Shown: positions 1 through 7,263, counted from the stretch's first letter. The stretch is 9,662 nucleotides of DNA from a virus (IMGVR_UViG_2826321507_000003), one strand, 5' to 3'. Numbers and translations: made by a program. Notes: generated by a model not told the origin, from the letters alone.

Positions 1-396
1 CATTACCGTGATAACGCCATTACCTACAAAGCCCAGCGCGACAAAAATGTCAGAGAACTGAAGCTGGCGAACGCGGCAATTACTGACATGCAGATGCGTC
101 AGCGTGATGTTGCTGCGCTCGATGCAAAATACTCGAGGGAATTAGCCGATGCGAGAGCTGAAAATGAAACTCTTCGCGCTGACGTTGCCGCTGGTCGTAA
201 GCGCCTGCGTATCAACGCCACCTGTCCAGGTCCCGTGCGTGAAGCCACCGGCACCGCCCGCGTGGATAATGCAACCGGCCCCCGACTGGCAGACACCGTT
301 ACACGGGATTATTTCACCCTCAGAGAGCGGCTGATGACGATGCAGAAGCAACTGGAAGGGGCGCAGGAATATATCCGTACTCAGTGCCTGAAATAA
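1..396 (+). CDS. Rz: Rz-like i-spanin (inner-membrane spanin subunit), 5'-truncated by window edge
   Basis: Frame 1 is open from position 1 to the TAA at 394-396. The translation ([16 protein letters not shown]...[16 protein letters not shown]...[19 protein letters not shown]) is collinear with lambda Rz as I recall it, with high identity. Position immediately upstream of cos matches the lambda lysis-cassette layout. Confidence 0.9.
   Translation, partial: HYRDNAITYKAQRDKNVRELKLANAAITDMQMRQRDVAALDAKYSRELADARAENETLRADVAAGRKRLRINATCPGPVREATGTARVDNATGPRLADTVTRDYFTLRERLMTMQKQLEGAQEYIRTQCLK
149..334 (+). CDS. Rz1: Rz1-like o-spanin (outer-membrane lipoprotein), embedded in the +1 frame of Rz
   Basis: 61-aa ORF wholly inside Rz in a different frame. 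It has a lipoprotein signal with lipobox LVVSAC and a proline-rich mature part ([30 protein letters not shown]) nearly identical to lambda Rz1 as recalled. The true start may be the second Met (KMKLF...). Confidence 0.85.
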   Translation: MRELKMKLFALTLPLVVSACVSTPPVQVPCVKPPAPPAWIMQPAPDWQTPLHGIISPSESG

Positions 397-477
397 GTTT
401 TGTTGATGCGCCGTATCGTCGCTGTATTCCCTCATTAACAGAGACCGCAGCCCGACAGGGAGACTCCTCTGCGCGAG

Positions 478-492
478 NNNNNNNNNNNNNNN
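478..492. other. Run of 15 ambiguous bases (N): assembly gap or masked sequence of unknown true length
   Basis: Directly visible in the sequence. Reading frames cannot be trusted across it. Confidence 0.99.
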
Positions 493-517
493 GCGATGGT
501 GGAAGAAACCGGGATGT

Positions 518-712
518 TTATTCATCATCACTTTGGATTGATGTATATGCTCTCTTTTCTGACGTTAGTCTCCGACGGCAGGCTTCAATGACCCAGGCTG
601 AGAAATTCCCGGACCCTTTTTGCTCAAGAGCGATGTTAATTTGTTCAATCATTTGGTTAGGAAAGCGGATGTTGCGGGTTGTTGTTCTGCGGGTTCTGTT
701 CTTCGTTGACAT
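518..712 (-). CDS. Small ribbon-helix-helix (Arc/MetJ/CopG-like) putative DNA-binding protein, 64 aa
   Basis: Minus-strand ORF with ATG at 712-710 and TAA at 520-518. It has a basic N-terminus (KNRTRRTTTR) followed by RNIRFPNQMIEQINIALEQKGSGNFSAWVIEACRRRL, which fits a beta-strand/helix/helix RHH pattern. Small genes of this kind (possibly the DUF3950/YlcI type, which I cannot verify) occur between the lysis cassette and cos in lambdoid prophages. The ribosome-binding site is weak. Confidence 0.55.
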   Translation of the reverse strand: MSTKNRTRRTTTRNIRFPNQMIEQINIALEQKGSGNFSAWVIEACRRRLTSEKRAYTSIQSDDE

Positions 713-911
713 GAGGTTGCCCCGTATTCAGTGTCGCTGATTTGTATTGTCTGAAGTTGTTTTTACGTTAAGTTGATGCAGATCAATTAATACGATACCT
801 GCGTCATAATTGATTATTTGACGTAGTTTGATGGCGTAGATGCACGTTGTGACATGTAGATGATAATTATTATCATTTTGCGGGTCCTTTCCGGCGATCC
901 GACAGGTTACG

Positions 912-923
912 GGGCGGCGACCT
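912..923 (+). other. cosN: 12-nt cohesive-end sequence GGGCGGCGACCT, terminase nicking site
   Basis: The 12-mer is an exact match to the lambda cohesive end. The flanks (...GTCCTTTCCGG[C]GATCCGACAGGTTACG upstream and CGCGG(T)TTTTC(A)CTATTTATGAAAATTTT downstream) are nearly identical to the lambda right and left genome ends as I recall them. Confidence 0.85.
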
Positions 924-956
924 CGCGGTTTTTCACTATTTATGAAAATTTTTCAG

Positions 957-1073
957 GGAAAATCGTGTCGGTACTTCTCGAATATAACTTTTTGTTTTTT
1001 TTAATATTGCATCCGTAAAGGTCCGACATGAAAGTGTCCGAAAATGCCTTTTTCTGGCGTTTTCATGTCGGGC
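957..1073 (+). promoter_or_regulatory. cosB-like terminase small-subunit binding region with three R-site-like repeats (R3-like about 961-973, R2-like 1021-1033 inverted, R1-like 1061-1073) and an AT-rich bendable spacer
   Basis: Three copies of a shared core occur here: aaTCGTGTCGGta, the inverted GTCCGACATGAAA (reverse complement TTTCATGTCGGAC), and tTTCATGTCGGgc. They lie at about +49, +109 and +149 from cosN, with nu1 starting at +188. This mirrors lambda R3-I1-R2-R1 spacing and orientation. A T-rich tract at 990-1010 sits where the IHF site I1 would be. Confidence 0.6.
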
Positions 1074-1099
1074 CTTGTATTTGATAATGGGTTGTTTTC

Positions 1100-1648
1100 A
1101 TGAAGGTTAATAAAAAGAGGCTTGCCGAAATTTTCAACGTGGACCCGCGGACGATTGAACGCTGGCAGTCTCAGGGACTCCCTTGCGCCTCCAAAGGTAG
1201 TAAGGGCATTGAATCTGTATTTGATACTGCCATGGCAATTCAGTGGTATGCGCAGAGGGAAACTGATATCGAAAACGAAAAGCTCCGCAAAGAACTGGAC
1301 GATTTGCGTGCGGCAGCGGAGTCAGATTTACAACCCGGCACCATTGACTATGAACGCTACCGGCTCACAAAAGTGCAGGCAGATGCGCAGGAACTGAAAA
1401 ATGCCCGTGAAGACGGAGTAGTGCTGGAAACTGAACTGTTTACCTTCATTCTGCAACGTGTGGCACAGGAGATTTCGGGGATACTTGTGCGTGTGCCGTT
1501 GACATTACAGCGTAAATATCCGGACATTTCACCATCACACCTTGATGTGGTGAAAACTGAAATCGCGAAAGCCTCCAATGTTTCAGCTAAGGCCGGTGAA
1601 AACGTGGGCGGATGGATCGATGATTTCAGACGCGCAGAAGGCAGCTAA
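1100..1648 (+). CDS. nu1: Terminase small subunit (gpNu1-like), 182 aa
   Basis: The N-terminus [23 protein letters not shown] (winged-HTH region) and the run ENEKLRKEL...[14 protein letters not shown]...AQELKNARE are collinear with lambda Nu1 (181 aa). Position right after cos is as expected. Confidence 0.95.
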   Translation: MKVNKKRLAEIFNVDPRTIERWQSQGLPCASKGSKGIESVFDTAMAIQWYAQRETDIENEKLRKELDDLRAAAESDLQPGTIDYERYRLTKVQADAQELKNAREDGVVLETELFTFILQRVAQEISGILVRVPLTLQRKYPDISPSHLDVVKTEIAKASNVSAKAGENVGGWIDDFRRAEGS

Positions 1649-3548
1649 TGCAGCCGGTGCGATAGCTACAGGGCTTTTATCTCTCATTATTCCTGTTCCA
1701 CTGACGACAGTTCAGTGGGCCAATAAACATTATTACCTTCCTAAAGAGTCGTCTTATACCCCGGGGCGGTGGGAAACACTGCCGTTTCAGGTTGGCATCA
1801 TGAACTGTATGGGCAACGATCTGATTCGCACGGTTAACCTGATTAAATCTGCCCGTGTTGGTTATACAAAGATGTTGCTGGGAGTGGAGGCTTATTTTAT
1901 TGAGCATAAATCACGCAACAGCCTTCTTTTTCAGCCCACGGACTCAGCTGCTGAAGATTTTATGAAATCTCATGTTGAGCCAACGATAAGGGATGTTCCT
2001 GCATTGCTGGAGCTGGCTCCATGGTTCGGAAGAAAACACCGCGATAATACGCTCACCCTGAAGCGTTTTTCCTCCGGTGTGGGGTTCTGGTGTCTGGGTG
2101 GTGCGGCAGCAAAAAACTACCGTGAAAAATCCGTGGATGTGGTCTGTTATGACGAGCTTTCCTCGTTCGAACCGGATGTTGAAAAAGAGGGTTCGCCAAC
2201 CCTGCTGGGGGATAAACGTATTGAGGGCTCTGTATGGCCAAAATCCATTCGCGGCTCGACGCCTAAAATCAAAGGCTCCTGCCAGATCGAAAAAGCCGCT
2301 AACGAGTCGGCACACTTCATGCGTTTTTATGTGCCCTGTCCGCACTGTGGGGAGGAGCAGTATCTGAAATTTGGCGATGATGCCTCGCCTTTCGGTCTTA
2401 AGTGGGAGAAGAATAAGCCAGAAAGTGTTTTCTACCTTTGTGAGCATCATGGCTGTGTGATCCATCAGTCTGAGCTTGACCAGAGTAACGGGCGGTGGAT
2501 CTGTGAAAACACGGGCATGTGGACCCGTGACGGCCTGATGTTTTTCAGCGCCCGGGGTGATGAAATTCCGCCGCCGCGCTCCATCACTTTCCATATCTGG
2601 ACGGCGTACAGTCCGTTCACCACCTGGGTACAGATTGTCTATGACTGGCTGGATGCACTGAAAGATCCCAACGGCCTGAAAACCTTTGTGAACACCACGC
2701 TGGGCGAGACCTGGGAAGAGGCCGTGGGCGAAAAACTCGATCACCAGGTACTGATGGATAAGGTTGTGCGTTACACGACGGCGGTGCCTGCCCGGGTGGT
2801 TTATCTGACGGCGGGCATTGACTCGCAGCGAAACCGTTTTGAGATGTATGTCTGGGGATGGGCTCCGGGAGAGGAAGCCTTTCTGGTGGATAAAATCATC
2901 ATTATGGGGCGTCCCGATGAGGAAGAGACGCTATTACGTGTGGATGCGGCGATCAACAAAAAATACCGCCATGCAGACGGAACCGAAATGACTATTTCCC
3001 GTGTCTGCTGGGACATCGGGGGGATTGATGGCGAAATCGTTTATCAGAGGTCAAAAAAACACGGTGTTTTCCGGGTGCTGCCGGTAAAAGGCGCATCTGT
3101 CTATGGCAAGCCGGTGATCACCATGCCAAAAACCCGCAATCAGCGGGGCGTGTATCTGTGTGAAGTGGGGACGGACACCGCAAAAGAAATTCTCTATGCC
3201 CGTATGAAAGCCGATCCCACGCCTGTGGATGAAGCCACGTCGTATGCCATCCGTTTTCCTGATGATCCGGAGATTTTTTCGCAGACAGAGGCGCAGCAAC
3301 TGGTGGCGGAAGAGCTTGTGGAGAAGTGGGAAAAAGGAAAGATGCGTCTGCTGTGGGATAACAAAAAGCGGCGTAACGAAGCGCTGGACTGCCTGGTGTA
3401 TGCCTACGCGGCATTACGTGTGTCCGTGCAACGCTGGCAGCTTGATCTGGCTGTACTGGCAAAATCCCGGGAAGAAGAGACGACCCGGCCAACCCTTAAA
3501 GAACTGGCAGCGAAGCTGTCCGGAGGAGTGAATGGTTACAGTCGCTGA
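1620..3548 (+). CDS. A: Terminase large subunit (gpA-like: ATPase/translocase plus nuclease), about 642 aa
   Basis: Collinear with lambda gpA (641 aa) over its full length. Shared motifs include [22 protein letters not shown](T)[48 protein letters not shown] and [11 protein letters not shown] chose the ATG at 1620 over the ORF-track start at 1578 because it gives a lambda-like length and an overlap of about 29 nt with nu1. Confidence 0.93.
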   Translation: MISDAQKAANAAGAIATGLLSLIIPVPLTTVQWANKHYYLPKESSYTPGRWETLPFQVGIMNCMGNDLIRTVNLIKSARVGYTKMLLGVEAYFIEHKSRNSLLFQPTDSAAEDFMKSHVEPTIRDVPALLELAPWFGRKHRDNTLTLKRFSSGVGFWCLGGAAAKNYREKSVDVVCYDELSSFEPDVEKEGSPTLLGDKRIEGSVWPKSIRGSTPKIKGSCQIEKAANESAHFMRFYVPCPHCGEEQYLKFGDDASPFGLKWEKNKPESVFYLCEHHGCVIHQSELDQSNGRWICENTGMWTRDGLMFFSARGDEIPPPRSITFHIWTAYSPFTTWVQIVYDWLDALKDPNGLKTFVNTTLGETWEEAVGEKLDHQVLMDKVVRYTTAVPARVVYLTAGIDSQRNRFEMYVWGWAPGEEAFLVDKIIIMGRPDEEETLLRVDAAINKKYRHADGTEMTISRVCWDIGGIDGEIVYQRSKKHGVFRVLPVKGASVYGKPVITMPKTRNQRGVYLCEVGTDTAKEILYARMKADPTPVDEATSYAIRFPDDPEIFSQTEAQQLVAEELVEKWEKGKMRLLWDNKKRRNEALDCLVYAYAALRVSVQRWQLDLAVLAKSREEETTRPTLKELAAKLSGGVNGYSR

Positions 3549-3738
3549 ACTGCAGGCGCTGCGTCAGGCGCGCCTTGATTTATTAACCGGTAAACGGGTG
3601 GTGTCTGTCCAGAAAGATGGTCGCAGAATTGAATATACGGCAGCTTCTCTGGATGAGCTTAACCGGGCGATCAATGATGCGGAGTCGGTACTGGGGACAA
3701 CCCGCCGTCGCCGTCGTCCGCTGGGAGTGAGGTTATGA
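3532..3738 (+). CDS. W: Head completion / DNA-stabilisation protein (gpW-like), 68 aa
   Basis: Same 68-aa length as lambda W, with the conserved TGKRVVSVQKDGRRIEYTAAS and RRRR core. GGAGG lies 5 nt upstream of the ATG. The gene overlaps the 3' end of A. Confidence 0.9.
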   Translation: MVTVAELQALRQARLDLLTGKRVVSVQKDGRRIEYTAASLDELNRAINDAESVLGTTRRRRRPLGVRL

Positions 3739-5327
3739 AACGAACGCCTGTCCTGATTGATGTGAACGGCGTTCCGCTTCGGGAGAGCCTCAGCTACACC
3801 GGTGGCGGTGCAGGATTTGGCGGGCAAATGGCAGAGTGGTTGCCACCCTCGCAGAGTGCCGATGCGGCCCTGCTGCCCGCGTTGCGTCTGGGGAATGCCC
3901 GTGCAGATGATCTGGTGCGCAATAACGGAATAGCGGCCAATGCGGTGGCACTGCATAAGGATCACATTGTCGGGCATATGTTTCTGATTAGCTACCGTCC
4001 GAACTGGCGCTGGCTGGGGATGCGGGAGACCGCGGCAAAAAGTTTTGTCGATGAGGTGGAGGCGGCCTGGTCAGAATACGCAGAAGGGATGTTTGGTGAG
4101 ATCGACGTGGAAGGGAAACGCACGTTTACGGAATTTATCCGTGAAGGTGTGGGCGTTCATGCGTTTAACGGCGAAATCTTTGTGCAGCCGGTCTGGGATA
4201 CGGAGAGTACGCAACTGTTTCGTACGCGTTTTAAAGCCGTGAGTCCGAAACGGGTGGACACGCCAGGACACGGTATGGGGAACCGTTTTCTGCGGGCTGG
4301 TGTGGAGGTTGATCGATATGGCCGTGCCGTTGCGTACCATATCTGTGAGGATGATTTTCCTCGCTCCGGGAGTGGACGATGGGAACGGATCCCGCGTGAA
4401 CTACCCACCGGGCGTCCGGCCATGCTGCATATTTTCGAGCCGGTGGAGGACGGGCAGACCCGTGGAGCCAATCAGTTTTACAGCGTTATGGAACGGCTGA
4501 AGATGCTGGATTCCCTGCAGGCAACACAGCTTCAGTCGGCCATAGTGAAGGCGATGTATGCAGCGACGATTGAAAGTGACCTTGATACCGAAAAGGCCTT
4601 TGAATATATCGCCGGTGCGCCGCAGGGGCAGAAGGATAATCCGCTTATTAATATTCTGGATAAGTTCTCCACCTGGTATGACACGAATAGCGTGACGCTG
4701 GGCGGTGTCAAAATTCCGCACCTTTTCCCCGGTGATGATCTGAAACTTCAGACCGCGCAGGATTCAGACAATGGATTTTCGGCGCTTGAACAGGCGCTGC
4801 TGCGGTATATCGCCGCCGGTCTTGGCGTTTCCTACGAACAGTTGTCCCGTGATTACTCGAAGGTCAGTTATTCAAGTGCCCGCGCATCCGCCAATGAGTC
4901 GTGGCGCTATTTTATGGGGCGGCGAAAATTTATTGCGTCCCGGCTGGCCACGCAGATGTTTTCCTGCTGGCTGGAAGAGGCACTTCTTCGGGGGATTATT
5001 CGTCCGCCACGGGCACGTTTTGATTTTTATCAGGCGCGATCAGCCTGGTCACGGGCTGAGTGGATTGGAGCCGGAAGAATGGCCATTGACGGGCTCAAGG
5101 AGGTTCAGGAATCAGTGATGCGCATTGAGGCCGGACTGAGCACGTATGAGAAAGAGCTGGCGCTGATGGGCGAGGATTATCAGGACATTTTCCGCCAGCA
5201 GGTCAGGGAATCTGCAGAGCGGGAAAAAGCCGGACTCTCACGTCCGGTGTGGATAGCGCAGGCGTATCAGCAGCAGATAGCGGAGAGTCGCAGGCCGGAA
5301 GAGGAGACAACACCACGTGAGACGTAA
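3735..5327 (+). CDS. B: Portal protein (gpB-like), 530 aa
   Basis: Collinear with lambda gpB (533 aa). Shared motifs include GNARADDLVRNNG, HAFNGE(I/L)FVQ, FEPVEDGQTRGAN, LQSAIVKAMYAATIES, LLRYIAAGLGVSYEQLSR and GRMAIDGLKEVQE. There is an ATGA start/stop overlap with W. Confidence 0.95.
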   Translation: MKRTPVLIDVNGVPLRESLSYTGGGAGFGGQMAEWLPPSQSADAALLPALRLGNARADDLVRNNGIAANAVALHKDHIVGHMFLISYRPNWRWLGMRETAAKSFVDEVEAAWSEYAEGMFGEIDVEGKRTFTEFIREGVGVHAFNGEIFVQPVWDTESTQLFRTRFKAVSPKRVDTPGHGMGNRFLRAGVEVDRYGRAVAYHICEDDFPRSGSGRWERIPRELPTGRPAMLHIFEPVEDGQTRGANQFYSVMERLKMLDSLQATQLQSAIVKAMYAATIESDLDTEKAFEYIAGAPQGQKDNPLINILDKFSTWYDTNSVTLGGVKIPHLFPGDDLKLQTAQDSDNGFSALEQALLRYIAAGLGVSYEQLSRDYSKVSYSSARASANESWRYFMGRRKFIASRLATQMFSCWLEEALLRGIIRPPRARFDFYQARSAWSRAEWIGAGRMAIDGLKEVQESVMRIEAGLSTYEKELALMGEDYQDIFRQQVRESAEREKAGLSRPVWIAQAYQQQIAESRRPEEETTPRET

Positions 5328-6822
5328 TCTTTCACACATTATTGCCGCAGCATTCAATGAACCGCTGCTTCTGGAGCCCGCCTATGCGCGGGTTTTCTTT
5401 TGCGCGCTCGGGCGCGAGATGGGCGCAGCAAGTCTTTCGGTACCACAACAGCAGGTACAGCTTGATGCTCCCGGAATGCTGGCTGAAACGGACGAGTACA
5501 TGGCCGGAGGTAAACGACCGGCCCGTGTTTACCGGGTGGTGAACGGTATTGCGGTACTGCCGGTGACCGGCACGCTGGTGCACCGGCTGGGGGGGATGCG
5601 GCCATTTTCCGGAATGACTGGCTATGACGGCATTGTCGCCTGTCTTCAGCAGGCAATGGCAGATAGCCAGGTGCGGGGCATACTGCTGGACATTGACAGT
5701 CCGGGTGGGCAGGCCGCCGGCGCGTTTGACTGCGCTGACATGATTTACCGCCTCCGTCAGCAGAAGCCGGTCTGGGCACTGTGCAATGACACGGCCTGTT
5801 CTGCAGCCATGCTGCTGGCGTCGGCCTGCTCCCGACGGCTGGTTACCCAGACATCCCGTATCGGCTCCATTGGCGTGATGATGAGCCATGTCAGCTATGC
5901 CGGTCATCTGGCGCAGGCCGGTGTGGATATCACGCTGATTTATGCCGGGGCGCACAAGGTGGATGGCAATCAGTTTGAAGCGTTGCCGGCAGAGGTTCGC
6001 CAGGATATGCAGCAGCGGATTGATGCGGCGCACCGGATGTTTGCCGAAAAAGTGGCGATGTATACCGGGTTGTCTGTGGATGCGGTCACGGGAACAGAGG
6101 CCGCCGTTTTTGAAGGTCAGTCCGGCATTGAGGCCGGGCTGGCGGATGAATTAATCAATGCGTCGGATGCCATCAGTGTGATGGCCACGGCGCTGAACAG
6201 TAATGTCAGAGGAGGCACTATGCCGCAATTAACTGCAACGGAAGCCGCCGTGCAGGAGAACCAGCGAGTGATGGGGATCCTGACATGCCAGGAAGCGAAA
6301 GGACGTGAACAGCTTGCCACGATGCTGGCAGGGCAACAGGGCATGAGCGTTGAACAGGCCCGGGCGATTCTGGCCGCGGCGGCACCGCAGCAGCCGGTGG
6401 CATCCGCGCAGAGTGAAGCCGATCGCATTATGGCGTGTGAAGAAGCGAACGGTCGTGAACAACTGGCAGCAACGCTGGCGGCGATGCCGGAGATGACGGT
6501 GGAAAAAGCCCGCCCGATCCTGGCTGCTTCACCGCAGGCGAATGCCGGACCATCACTCCGTGATCAGATCATGGCACTGGATGAGGCAAAAGGGGCTGAG
6601 GCGCAGGCTGAACAGCTGGCTGCCTGCCCGGGAATGACCGTGGAGAGCGCCCGGGCTGTGCTGGCTGCGGGATCAGGTAAGGCAGAACCGGTCTCTGCAT
6701 CCACAACCGCCCTGTTTGAACATTTCATGGCGAATCATTCACCGGCAGCGGTGCGGGGTGGCGTGTCACAGACGTCAGCAGACGGTGATGCGGACGTGAA
6801 AATGCTCATGGCCATGCCATGA
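5317..6822 (+). CDS. C: Head maturation protease / scaffold fusion (gpC-like, S49 peptidase family), 501 aa, GTG start
   Basis: The N-terminal two-thirds is collinear with lambda gpC (AFNEPLLLEPAYARVFFCAL, GMTGY, GAFDCAD, KPVWAL, RRLVTQT, GSIGVMM, ITLIYAG, HKVDGN, GLADEL). GTG at 5317 is preceded by GAGGAG. It is longer than lambda C (439 aa) because of an expanded C-terminal repeat region. Confidence 0.9.
   Translation: MRRNLSHIIAAAFNEPLLLEPAYARVFFCALGREMGAASLSVPQQQVQLDAPGMLAETDEYMAGGKRPARVYRVVNGIAVLPVTGTLVHRLGGMRPFSGMTGYDGIVACLQQAMADSQVRGILLDIDSPGGQAAGAFDCADMIYRLRQQKPVWALCNDTACSAAMLLASACSRRLVTQTSRIGSIGVMMSHVSYAGHLAQAGVDITLIYAGAHKVDGNQFEALPAEVRQDMQQRIDAAHRMFAEKVAMYTGLSVDAVTGTEAAVFEGQSGIEAGLADELINASDAISVMATALNSNVRGGTMPQLTATEAAVQENQRVMGILTCQEAKGREQLATMLAGQQGMSVEQARAILAAAAPQQPVASAQSEADRIMACEEANGREQLAATLAAMPEMTVEKARPILAASPQANAGPSLRDQIMALDEAKGAEAQAEQLAACPGMTVESARAVLAAGSGKAEPVSASTTALFEHFMANHSPAAVRGGVSQTSADGDADVKMLMAMP
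6220..6822 (+). CDS. nu3: Nu3-like scaffolding protein from an in-frame internal start within C (nested gene), about 200 aa
   Basis: An internal ATG at 6220 is in the C frame and preceded by GAGGAGG (6209-6215). It lies at the position equivalent to the recalled lambda segment GGRMTKETQ. The downstream sequence carries the Nu3-type motif IMGIL.C.EA.GRE. The start assignment is inferred, not proven. Confidence 0.55.
   Translation: MPQLTATEAAVQENQRVMGILTCQEAKGREQLATMLAGQQGMSVEQARAILAAAAPQQPVASAQSEADRIMACEEANGREQLAATLAAMPEMTVEKARPILAASPQANAGPSLRDQIMALDEAKGAEAQAEQLAACPGMTVESARAVLAAGSGKAEPVSASTTALFEHFMANHSPAAVRGGVSQTSADGDADVKMLMAMP
6262..6678 (+). repeat. Three tandem, diverged copies (each about 40-45 codons) of the scaffold motif within the C/nu3 C-terminus
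   Basis: Unit 1 is about 6262-6390 (QRVMGILTCQEAKGREQLATMLAGQQGMSVEQARAILAAAAPQ). Unit 2 is about 6421-6537 (DRIMACEEANGREQLAATLAAMPEMTVEKARPILAASPQ). Unit 3 is about 6559-6678 (DQIMALDEAKGAEAQAEQLAACPGMTVESARAVLAAGSG). DNA similarity between units is partial (for example ATGAGCGTTGAACAGGCCCGGGCGATTCTGGC versus ATGACGGTGGAAAAAGCCCGCCCGATCCTGGC versus ATGACCGTGGAGAGCGCCCGGGCTGTGCTGGC). Confidence 0.7.
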
Positions 6823-6858
6823 AGTCAGTGCTGAACATCAATACGAGGTTTTAACAAT

Positions 6859-7206
6859 ATGGTGACGAAAACCATCACTGAACAGCGTGCGGAAGTACGT
6901 ATTTTTGCCGGTAATGATCCGGCTCACACCGCCACAGGCAGCAGCGGGATTTCCTCGGCAACACCGGCACTGACACCCCTGATGCTGGATGGGGCCACCG
7001 GGAAACTGGTGGTCTGGGATGGACAGAAAGCCGGTAGTGCGGTTGGCATACTGGTACTGCCGCTTGAAGGCACAGAGGCGGTGCTGACGTATTACAAGTC
7101 GGGGACCTTTGCGACGGAGGCAATCCGCTGGCCTGACAGTGTGGATGAACACAAAAAGGCAAATGCCTTTGCCGGCACCGCCCTGAGTCACGCGGCGCTG
7201 CCGTAA
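6859..7206 (+). CDS. D: Head decoration protein (gpD-like), 115 aa
   Basis: Shared motifs with lambda gpD (110 aa): DPAHTAT, TPLMLD, KLV(A/V)WDG, AVGIL, YKSGTF and AFAGTA. Confidence 0.92.
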   Translation: MVTKTITEQRAEVRIFAGNDPAHTATGSSGISSATPALTPLMLDGATGKLVVWDGQKAGSAVGILVLPLEGTEAVLTYYKSGTFATEAIRWPDSVDEHKKANAFAGTALSHAALP

Positions 7207-7213
7207 CACGTTA

Positions 7214-7235
7214 TCAGGCCACCGCGTTGGCCTGA
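7214..7235 (+). terminator. Stem-loop between D and E (8-bp stem TCAGGCCA/TGGCCTGA, 6-nt loop) with a weak T-rich tail; possible partial terminator or mRNA-stability hairpin
   Basis: Perfect inverted repeat seen at 7214-7221 and 7228-7235. The downstream tract (CTGATTTCTT) is only moderately U-rich. I recall a hairpin in the equivalent D-E intergenic position in lambda. Confidence 0.4.
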
Positions 7236-7263
7236 CTGATTTCTTAATGAAAGGAACTGATTT

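Noticed and set aside
142-531. 129-aa minus-strand ORF spanning the N gap and running antisense through Rz/Rz1
   Set aside because: Frame continuity across 15 Ns is meaningless, and most of the ORF is antisense to two well-supported genes. Only its first few codons (525-531) are kept as a possible start of a gap-truncated gene.
384-740. 118-aa plus-strand ORF crossing the N gap and lying antisense to the RHH gene
   Set aside because: It spans the unresolved gap, has no recognisable motif, and overlaps the better-supported minus-strand RHH ORF.
1578-1619. N-terminal extension of the terminase large subunit ORF (start at 1578)
   Set aside because: The ATG at 1620 reproduces the lambda gpA N-terminal length and the nu1/A overlap; the upstream extension is probably untranslated in this frame.
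1944-2744. 266-aa minus-strand ORF inside the terminase large subunit gene
   Set aside because: Entirely antisense to a strongly conserved gene, with no ribosome-binding site or recognisable motifs. Typical spurious ORF in GC-rich coding DNA.
3564-3977. 137-aa minus-strand ORF overlapping W and the start of B
   Set aside because: Antisense to two conserved genes, and no motif support.
4771-5118. 115-aa plus-strand alternative-frame ORF inside the portal gene
   Set aside because: Out-of-frame overlap with conserved gpB; Arg/Pro-rich composition typical of off-frame translation.
5332-6033. 233-aa and 141-aa minus-strand ORFs inside the C protease gene
   Set aside because: Antisense to conserved gpC coding sequence, Arg/Pro/Ala-rich low-complexity translation typical of wrong-frame GC-rich DNA.
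6838-7209. 123-aa and 95-aa minus-strand ORFs overlapping the D gene
   Set aside because: Antisense to the conserved decoration protein gene; Cys/Arg-rich off-frame translation.
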